DNA of 32,000 bases from Caedibacter taeniospiralis. Its GTDB lineage: Bacteria > Pseudomonadota > Gammaproteobacteria > Francisellales > Francisellaceae. Shown piece after piece: positions 16,870 to 25,590 of the stretch (position 1 is the stretch's first letter; every line of letters starts with the position of its first letter). The notes under the pieces are model-generated. The model saw only the letters and a list, made by a program, of their open reading frames with translations, had not been told where the DNA came from and ran no database searches. The translations under genes were made by a program, and so were the position numbers. The stretch covers positions 1 through 32,000 of the forward strand of contig NZ_PGGB02000010.1 in the NCBI RefSeq assembly GCF_002803295.2, in the 5' to 3' direction.

Positions 16870-19800
16870 TTACAAGAGGTGAATATAGGGGATCAATGGG
16901 AAATACAAGGATACCTTGATGTGTGTCTTGTTTATTTGAAGATGTGTTGCCAGTAAGGTTTGATAGGTCTTTAGCTGTTCGCTGTAGTGAGTCTCTTGCA
17001 CTTTAAGAAAATCTTCTAATGTCTCTCCGAAGGCAGGTGATGTAAATTTGTAGTCCACAATATGGTACTGGTTATTGTCAACAATGATTCTATCGGCAAT
17101 ATTTTTCTTCAGTTTGCCAAAGTTTAAACTTAGCATCATTTGTTCACTCATGCCCGTGGCAGAAAATATCCAGGGATAATGCTGTTGTGTGTATTCAACA
17201 GCGAGCCTGGCGTCGTTTAGAGCTTTAATTTTAAGCGTACCTGAAAGCGCATATTCATGGGCACAGAGTGAGAAATATGCTTGCCAGTCACCGATGTGAT
17301 CAGGATTACGGCATAGATAGTTAAATAATTGGTGAAGCACTGATCCCATCTGGCGATCTTCACTTACTATCAACTCATTCATATCAGGATGATTAAGCTC
17401 ATCTTGCAACATCATGGAAGGGAAGATGTCTGTCAAGGAAATGGAGTAGTGACTCACTTGTTTGATGGGTTTATAGCAGGCGAGTCTTTCTACCTTATCT
17501 TGTAATAATTGCTGAGATTGAGTTTCATGTGGCGCAGTCTTCCAGGGAAAGTTTAAAGGTTGAAGTAATGCAAGTAGACTATTGTTTTTAGCAGTGAGCT
17601 GATCGCTGTTATTTTCAGTAATCGCGGTAAGAAGAAGCTTTGATTTTGCGCGTGTGACCGCTACGTAGAGAAGGCGCTGCTGTTCATAGGCAGCACGCTT
17701 CTTTTGCATATTTTGAATGACTTGATAAAGGGCGGGGGCTGATTTATCCCAGCTGTGTTTGATAGGACTCAATAACAAATGTATCTTGTGATCATTTAAG
17801 CGCACGCTTTCGTGTAGAAATAATGGGTTTTCATCGCCTTTGCTGCCCTTATCCAGCTGCGGGAGAATCACAAAATCAAACTCAAGCCCCTTGGCCTTAT
17901 GAATGGTCATAATAGAAACCTGGGCTTGTGAGGGGATACTGATATATTTTCGTTTCAAGGTATCAATTAAACGATCCATATTGGCAATCGAAGTCTTATC
18001 AGGAGTTAAATGCCCATCTAGCAAAGCCAAAAAGCTGGTGTACAGGCTTTTTTGCGCGCCATGAATATTCATTCCATCCAGCCTTTGCCATAAGATGCTT
18101 AAGCGGTCAATTAATGATCCACGCAAACTGGTAAACGGCATATTCATTAGCCACTGTAAAAAATGATGGGCTTTTTGTTGGTGAGCATGAGTCTGATGAT
18201 GACAAAGATAAGTCAGGAGTTGCTGGCAAAATGAAATATCCTCCCGCCCGCACATGGATATTTTTTTAACCGAAGTTTCGCACTTTTGCAAATTTACACG
18301 TTTAAGAAACACCCCGTCAGCCTGCGGCTGCCACCCCTCTACAAGAGGGGAATCTTTTGATGGCTTTCTATCAAATTCCCCTTCATTTGTGAAGGGGTGG
18401 ACGCAAAGCGGACGGGGTAGTTCAGCAAGCAGTGCATAATCCGAGCTTTTTATGCGATTCAATTCATTTAAACTAAATCCAAATAAGGATGATTGTAATA
18501 AGCTTATCCAGTAAATCTCTTGTTCAGGATTAGTTAAAATCGCCGCAAGAGAGACAAGATCCATAACCATTGGCTGGTGATAAAAAGGCTCAATCTCGTT
18601 TTCAACGAGTCTGATTTGATGCGCTTTTAGAATGGGGATCATCGTTTTAAGCTGTGTTCGTGTACGCACCAAGATAGCGATATGATGCTTGGAGTGCTCT
18701 TGCAGATAATGTTTAATCTTATGAGCGATATAATGCGCCTCGTCTTGAGCGTCACTAAAGAGTGAAAAACTTACTGCTTCTTGATTATCAGTTTCAGACA
18801 GTGTGCTTGCGTAAGCATAACTAATACCTCCATAGTTCATATCATCTTCAGCAGGAAAAATCTGACTGAAGCTTTTATTCACCCAATCAACGATGCTTTT
18901 TTGCGAACGAAAATTACAATGAAGTTGCAAAAATTTGGGTTTAATTTGGTTAATACCTTGAGATTTAACTTCTAAAAACTGATTCACTTCCGCTTGACGA
19001 AAGCGGTAAATAGATTGCATAGGGTCTCCGACAACAAACAGTGTTTTACCATCGTCAGACTGCCATTCCAAAGTTAGCATTTGCAGTAATTTAAATTGTA
19101 AAATTGAGGTATCCTGGAACTCATCAATGAGTAAATGCCTGATCTGATGATCCAGATAAAGCATAAGCTCTGTTGGACTGTCTTCATTACCTAATGCCGA
19201 CAAAGCCTGGAGTGATACTTCATTAAAATCAAGCAAGCCCTGCTGTTTGAAAACAAGCTTAAGATATTGCACTAAACGCAAGCTGATTTGAGTGATCGCC
19301 TTGAGTATTTGCCACTCGTTATCATCAAAGATAAGCTTTTCATAGAGTACAAGCTCAGAAATAACCGCATAAATCCTGAGCTTGTCTTTATCGCTAAACT
19401 GTTCAATGTAGGTAAGGAGCCATTTTTTATGTGCCTCGGCAGTTGGGTCTTTGGCGGGCAGTCCCTGTCTGGCATTAAAAGTCTTTCGAAACTGAAGCTC
19501 ACTTGTAAACAGTAGCTGAATGAGTCGTTGCCAAAAATAAGGATGATTGCGGTTATCCTCAAACGATTGAATTAAATTTTCATCAGTGGACTGATTAGAG
19601 TCTTGATGATCACAAAATGCAATAATCTGCCCAAGCCTTTCACTATAAGTCTTTTGGTCCAAACAAAGCAGATGCGTGGCTTTCTGGCATAATGCTCTAA
19701 AAAGCGCCAAAAAGCCTGATTCAATCGTTGACCTGGTATTAGTATCCTTTTGGTAAAGGAGTTCGGATTGCAATAAAACCGGTAGCCACTGTTCACGAGT

Positions 19801-20412
19801 TGACAGTAGATTGGTAAATAGTTGTTTGACATTACTGATATTGTTATCAAGATGAAGCAACAGTTGATAAAAATCCTGATAATAAGGACTCGTATCCGTT
19901 GTGTCAGCAATGAGTTGATCAATGGCTTTTTCATACAAAAGCTCTGGCGAGTCAGTCACTTCGGCGCTAAATGCTTCACCCGTTTCAAAAACAAGCTGTT
20001 TTGATAAGAGCTGACAAAAGGCGTCGATGGTTGTGATGCGTAATCTCTTGGGGTTATTGAGAATTTGCCAATGTTTCATCTGACTTTGTTTGAGTGCTGC
20101 TTGTGCAAGCTCAAAGGTCAGTTTTTTATGTGACTCATCGGAGGCGCGCGTGCTTTTTGCATCCATAAGCGCCTCATAAATTCGATGGTGCATTTCATTG
20201 GCCGCTTTATTGGTAAAGGTTAGCGCGATAATTTCTTCAGGTGCATCGGCATGTGCCAACAGGTTTAAGTAACGCTGTGTCAGAGTTTCTGTTTTGCCAG
20301 AACCAGCGGGTGCTTGAACGATAAAAGATCGACGGGGGTCTAACGCTTGCTTACGCGCGTGAGCATCATCAGGGATCATGGATAAGGCTGCATTTATTAC
20401 ACTAGCCAACAT
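16870..20412 (-). CDS. AddA/UvrD-type SF1 helicase fused to a RecB-family PD-(D/E)XK nuclease, carrying an in-frame repeat insertion
   Basis: Helicase motifs: I APAGSGKT, Ia TFTNKAANEM, II LLIDEFQDTS, III VVGDPMQSIYRFRQAE, IV NFRS, V MTIHKAKGLEFD, VI YVAVTRAKSKL. C-terminal nuclease motifs are GSVLHQLF, IADRIIVDNNQYHIVDYKFT and QLKTYQ. An alternative start is Met12 at 20379. Confidence 0.85.
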   Translation of the reverse strand: MLASVINAALSMIPDDAHARKQALDPRRSFIVQAPAGSGKTETLTQRYLNLLAHADAPEEIIALTFTNKAANEMHHRIYEALMDAKSTRASDESHKKLTFELAQAALKQSQMKHWQILNNPKRLRITTIDAFCQLLSKQLVFETGEAFSAEVTDSPELLYEKAIDQLIADTTDTSPYYQDFYQLLLHLDNNISNVKQLFTNLLSTREQWLPVLLQSELLYQKDTNTRSTIESGFLALFRALCQKATHLLCLDQKTYSERLGQIIAFCDHQDSNQSTDENLIQSFEDNRNHPYFWQRLIQLLFTSELQFRKTFNARQGLPAKDPTAEAHKKWLLTYIEQFSDKDKLRIYAVISELVLYEKLIFDDNEWQILKAITQISLRLVQYLKLVFKQQGLLDFNEVSLQALSALGNEDSPTELMLYLDHQIRHLLIDEFQDTSILQFKLLQMLTLEWQSDDGKTLFVVGDPMQSIYRFRQAEVNQFLEVKSQGINQIKPKFLQLHCNFRSQKSIVDWVNKSFSQIFPAEDDMNYGGISYAYASTLSETDNQEAVSFSLFSDAQDEAHYIAHKIKHYLQEHSKHHIAILVRTRTQLKTMIPILKAHQIRLVENEIEPFYHQPMVMDLVSLAAILTNPEQEIYWISLLQSSLFGFSLNELNRIKSSDYALLAELPRPLCVHPFTNEGEFDRKPSKDSPLVEGWQPQADGVFLKRVNLQKCETSVKKISMCGREDISFCQQLLTYLCHHQTHAHQQKAHHFLQWLMNMPFTSLRGSLIDRLSILWQRLDGMNIHGAQKSLYTSFLALLDGHLTPDKTSIANMDRLIDTLKRKYISIPSQAQVSIMTIHKAKGLEFDFVILPQLDKGSKGDENPLFLHESVRLNDHKIHLLLSPIKHSWDKSAPALYQVIQNMQKKRAAYEQQRLLYVAVTRAKSKLLLTAITENNSDQLTAKNNSLLALLQPLNFPWKTAPHETQSQQLLQDKVERLACYKPIKQVSHYSISLTDIFPSMMLQDELNHPDMNELIVSEDRQMGSVLHQLFNYLCRNPDHIGDWQAYFSLCAHEYALSGTLKIKALNDARLAVEYTQQHYPWIFSATGMSEQMMLSLNFGKLKKNIADRIIVDNNQYHIVDYKFTSPAFGETLEDFLKVQETHYSEQLKTYQTLLATHLQINKTHIKVSLYFPLIPYIHLL
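18271..18445. mobile_element. MITE-like palindromic element, copy A, inside the helicase ORF
   Basis: The core at 18305-18422 is collinear with 25429-25544, including a 28-nt perfect match (18311-18338 = 25436-25463). The outer stem is ACCCCGTC/GACGGGGT. Internal hairpins lie at 18334-18350 and 18378-18397. The left flank 18272-18290 matches the left terminal repeat of copy C at 16 of 19 positions by hand alignment. The right flank is weaker, so the outer boundaries are approximate. Confidence 0.7.
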
Positions 20413-20431
20413 CCTAGCGGATTCTCGCTAT

Positions 20432-20602
20432 CTATTCATTATTATTGCCGCATTCGTTTTTTAAATGGCGAATTTTCTCGACAGGAATCTGTAATGTCTT
20501 GGCAACCACAGAGATCGGCACGCCCATCTTAAGCATGGTCTCAGCTTCGCTTAACAGTGCGTCTTGTGCTGCATCGTTGTTATCTGTTTGATTGGATTCC
20601 AT
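20432..20602 (-). CDS. unannotated 56-aa ORF, possible small helix-turn-helix protein
   Basis: It encodes MESNQTDNNDAAQDALLSEAETMLKMGVPISVVAKTLQIPVEKIRHLKNECGNNNE. An AAGGAG box lies 8 nt upstream of the ATG. The stop is 19 nt before the helicase start, on the same strand. The GVPISVVAKTLQIPVEKIRHL segment looks like an HTH. The ORF is below the 60-aa cutoff of the track. Confidence 0.4.
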   Translation of the reverse strand: MESNQTDNNDAAQDALLSEAETMLKMGVPISVVAKTLQIPVEKIRHLKNECGNNNE

Positions 20603-20675
20603 TTTAGCTTTCTCCTTACCTTAGAAACTCACTTTATCGTAGCTAAAAACTCACTCAGATGCTAATGGTTTTCAC

Positions 20676-21956
20676 TCAAATTTTACCTGTTTTTTGTAAC
20701 AGGCAATAATAAAAACCATCACCGCCATTTGGTTGTGGCAGGATCTGGTAACCATATTTTTGCTTGATCGTTTTTGCAAGTAATGGAATATCAAGTGCCT
20801 GAAAATATGGATGGGCATCTAGAAATTGTGTGATCTGTTTTTCGTTCTCTTCGGGCAAGATAGAACAGGTTGCGTACAGTAACAATCCATCTGGTTTTAA
20901 CTGAGAGGCTAAATTGTCAAGTATTCGTCCTTGAAGGTTGGCAATTTCTTTTACTTCTTCAGGAGTGCGTAATACCTTAATATCAGGATTGCGGCGTATC
21001 ACTCCCGTAGCACTACAAGGCGCATCCAGTAAAATCTTATCAAATTGAAGTTCTGGGTCTAACTGCCCCGTAGCATCTTGAATAAGCAAATGAATATTGA
21101 GTTTATCCAGTTTCAGACGAATAAGGTTTTCTTTGATGCGCTCAAAGCGCTTAGCATTATTATCCATAATGCTAAGCTCAATCTCAGGGCAAAGCTCCAA
21201 TAAATGCGTGCTTTTACCACCAGGAGCCGCACAGGCGTCAAGGATTTTTTCGGAGGGTTTTGGCTGTAAAATATGAGCCGCAAGCTGCGCTGAGGCATCC
21301 TGGACACTAAAGCACCCTGCAGCAAAAAACGGAAGCTCACTGATGTTTTGTGTTTCAGCCAAGCAAATGCAATAAGGTACCTCCGTGAGTCTATACTGGA
21401 TATTTTTTTGTTTAAAAGCACCACTAAGTTCAGTCTGGCTTCTCTGTTGATTCAAGCGTAAAAAAATAGGAGGCTGACGATTACTATTTTGCGTAATTGC
21501 ATTGATCTCAAGTGGGTAGTGCTTCTTTAACTTTCCATACAACCAGTCGGGTAACTCCTGGAAACTCTCGATGTCAGGTAAGTTCTGCTCATGTGCAATC
21601 TTACGTAAAAGCGCATTAATAAATGTTCTCGTGTTACCAAGGTTAAGTTCATTACAGGCATTAACGGTTTCATTAATCGCGGCATGTATTGGCTTGCGCA
21701 TAAAGAGAATCTGGTATATTCCAATGAGTGCCAGCACACGCACCTGTGCTTTGGTTTTCCCTTTTGCCCATTGATCAAAAAGGTGGTTAAGATAGAAAAA
21801 ATGGCGAAAAACTCCATAACATATGGCATAGACTAAGCGGCGATTTTGCTCACTTAAGGAATAGGCGTTTAAGCGAGTATCAAGATGTGCCAAAGAGTCT
21901 TTGTTTTGCATGATCTGATGAATGATATGGCAAGCAATAGCGCGTGGATTTTCCAT
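20676..21956 (-). CDS. rsmB: 16S rRNA m5C967 methyltransferase RsmB
   Basis: NusB-like N-terminal domain, SAM-binding site DACAAPGGKSTHL, and catalytic motifs DAPCSATGVIRRNPD and LLYATCS. Confidence 0.9.
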   Translation of the reverse strand: MENPRAIACHIIHQIMQNKDSLAHLDTRLNAYSLSEQNRRLVYAICYGVFRHFFYLNHLFDQWAKGKTKAQVRVLALIGIYQILFMRKPIHAAINETVNACNELNLGNTRTFINALLRKIAHEQNLPDIESFQELPDWLYGKLKKHYPLEINAITQNSNRQPPIFLRLNQQRSQTELSGAFKQKNIQYRLTEVPYCICLAETQNISELPFFAAGCFSVQDASAQLAAHILQPKPSEKILDACAAPGGKSTHLLELCPEIELSIMDNNAKRFERIKENLIRLKLDKLNIHLLIQDATGQLDPELQFDKILLDAPCSATGVIRRNPDIKVLRTPEEVKEIANLQGRILDNLASQLKPDGLLLYATCSILPEENEKQITQFLDAHPYFQALDIPLLAKTIKQKYGYQILPQPNGGDGFYYCLLQKTGKI

Positions 21957-21975
21957 GAGTTATTATCCATTATTA

Positions 21976-22081
21976 CTGGAGTTACGCACTTTTGCTGCAC
22001 TACCCCCACCTCGCTTGCCTGACCACTACTGGAGTGGTCAGGCGGGGTAGTTAAAAAATCAGTAAAAGTACGTAACTTCAG
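21976..22081. mobile_element. MITE-like palindromic element, copy C (short form)
   Basis: Terminal inverted repeats are CTGGAGTTACGCACTTTTGCTG (21976-21997) and TCAGTAAAAGTACGTAACTTCAG (22059-22081). The inner CTACCCC...GGGGTAG stem encloses a perfect 10-bp hairpin, CCTGACCACT-ACTGG-AGTGGTCAGG. Confidence 0.65.
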
Positions 22082-22095
22082 ATTGTTAGAAAAAG

Positions 22096-22902
22096 TTAGC
22101 CTTGCTCAGAAGGGATCAGGTGAGGTGCTAAAAACTTAGTGAGTTTGGAAACAATTCTTGGATTGCCGCCGATTAACCGACCATCTTCAAGAAAATTAAC
22201 GCCACCATCTAAGCCACAAAGCATACCACCTGCTTCTTTAATCACAAGGGCAGCCCCTGCGGTATCCCAGATTTTAGCATCTCGAGATGTCCAGACAGCA
22301 TCCAGAAATCCTGCGGCAACATAACACATATCAAGAGCCAAAGAGCCTGAATAACGCAGTCCTGATATTTCCTTATGCAGATCAAGCACGGCTTCTGGGT
22401 AAGTGTGAGCAAATACTTTCTTACTAAACTTTAGCGCGCCTGAAAACAGGCAACCCGTAAACTCCTTGCGATTAGCAACACGAATACGCTGACCGTTTAA
22501 CTGTGCCCCTGAGCCTTTAGTTGCGGTAAAAAGCTGATCCAGGTATGGGTTGTAAATAACAGCAAGTTCTGTTTTGCCACGAAACTGCATGGCAATAGAC
22601 ACACAATGGTGCGGAATGCCGTGAATAAAGTTATTTGTCCCATCAATGGGGTCAATAATCCAGGTATGATCACTATCTTCATTGCCAAATTCCCCTGCTT
22701 CTTCGGTAATGTAATATTGATCAGGAAAAGCACGCTCTAATGTATCAACGATTGTTTTTTCAACCTCGATATCAATATTGGTAACGTAATTATTAGGGGA
22801 CTTGGTCTCAATTTTCACAGTTTGCATGTTTTCATTTGCGTTTAAAATCATACGCCCCGCTTTACGCGCCGCCTTAACTGCAACATTCATCATTGGATGC
22901 AT
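22096..22902 (-). CDS. suhB: inositol monophosphatase family protein SuhB
   Basis: MHPMMNVAVKAARKAG N-terminus as in E. coli SuhB, plus the WIIDPIDGTNNF and WDTAAG motifs. It is divergent from trmJ, as in E. coli. Confidence 0.9.
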   Translation of the reverse strand: MHPMMNVAVKAARKAGRMILNANENMQTVKIETKSPNNYVTNIDIEVEKTIVDTLERAFPDQYYITEEAGEFGNEDSDHTWIIDPIDGTNNFIHGIPHHCVSIAMQFRGKTELAVIYNPYLDQLFTATKGSGAQLNGQRIRVANRKEFTGCLFSGALKFSKKVFAHTYPEAVLDLHKEISGLRYSGSLALDMCYVAAGFLDAVWTSRDAKIWDTAGAALVIKEAGGMLCGLDGGVNFLEDGRLIGGNPRIVSKLTKFLAPHLIPSEQG

Positions 22903-22988
22903 TGAAATACCTTCTGCTTTTTGCTCGACTAAAAAATTAGTTGTGTATAATACCCCATTTACATATAAGGTGATAGTTTCTATTTAAG

Positions 22989-23716
22989 ATGTTAAATAAA
23001 ATCCGAATGGTGCTCGTTGAAACGTCGCACCCTGGCAATATTGGCTCTAGTGCACGAGCCATGTTAAATATGGCGCTAACCGAACTTTATTTAGTCAATC
23101 CAAAACATGTGCCTGATGAAGACGCTTTGGCAACGGCCGCGCATGCAGCTGAGATTGTTAAAAATGCCAACATTGTGCCAACCCTGATAGAGGCTTTAAA
23201 TGGGGTGGATTTAGTCATTGGCACCAGCGCAAGAGTAAGACGCATGAGTTTACCGATGTTAAGTGTTGAAAACGCAAGTAAAGAAGCCCTTCGGTATGCC
23301 AATCAAGGTTTGACTGTGGCCATATTATTTGGTCGTGAGCGTACGGGACTTTTTAACGATGAGCTTTTGATGTGTCATTATCACGCATATATCCCAAGCA
23401 ATGAATCCTACACTTCATTGAATCTGGCGCAAGCCGTGCAGATTGTAAGCTATGAGCTCTTTAAACATTTCCAGGCATATGAAGCAGGACTGATGCTGCC
23501 CAGACAGAATCGAGTGCATGAAAAAGCTTCAATTGAAGAAATTCAAAATTTGTATAGGATGCTTGAGGATAAAATGTTTGAGGTGGGGTTTTTAAATCCA
23601 GACAGGTCAGAGCATGTGATGAACAGGCTTAAGCGGATGTTTCAGCGGACTCAGTTAGAATCAAAGGAAGTCAATATTCTACAAGGCTTTTTAAGTCAGA
23701 TCACAAAGGAAAATCA

Positions 23717-23720
<4 letters not shown>
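22989..23720 (+). CDS. trmJ: tRNA (cytidine/uridine-2'-O)-methyltransferase TrmJ
   Basis: [34 protein letters not shown] and [14 protein letters not shown] match the SpoU/TrmJ pattern closely. Confidence 0.9.
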
Positions 23721-25361
<1,641 letters not shown>

Positions 25362-25398
25362 TAACCAAAGTTATGGACTTTTGCGAATTGAATAAACA

Positions 25399-25568
25399 CC
25401 AATGGCACTACCTTAAGCAGTCTTAATGAGAAACTACCCCGTCAGCCTGCGGCTGCCACCCCTTCGCTAACGAAGGGGAATTACACATATGCCACAATTC
25501 CCCTTCACTCGTGAAGGGGTGCCGAGCTTGCGAGGCGGGGTAGTGACTGCTTAAGGTAGCGCCATTGG
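25399..25568. mobile_element. MITE-like palindromic element, copy B, with terminal inverted repeats and a target-site duplication
   Basis: The terminal repeats are CCAATGGCACTACCTTAAGCAGTC (left) and GACTGCTTAAGGTAGCGCCATTGG (right), matching at 23 of 24 positions. They are flanked by direct AATAAACA(C) at 25391-25399 and 25569-25577. The inner CTACCCCG/CGGGGTAG stem encloses hairpins at 25459-25478 and 25500-25519. Confidence 0.8.
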
Positions 25569-25590
25569 AATAAACACAGGGTAATAACAA

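Noticed and set aside
18271-18445. Possibility that the helicase insert is an intein, a group I/II intron or a frameshift-restoring element
   Set aside because: It is far too short (about 175 bp) and has no intein splice-junction residues or intron structure. The frame is continuous, and the palindromic repeat origin explains it fully.
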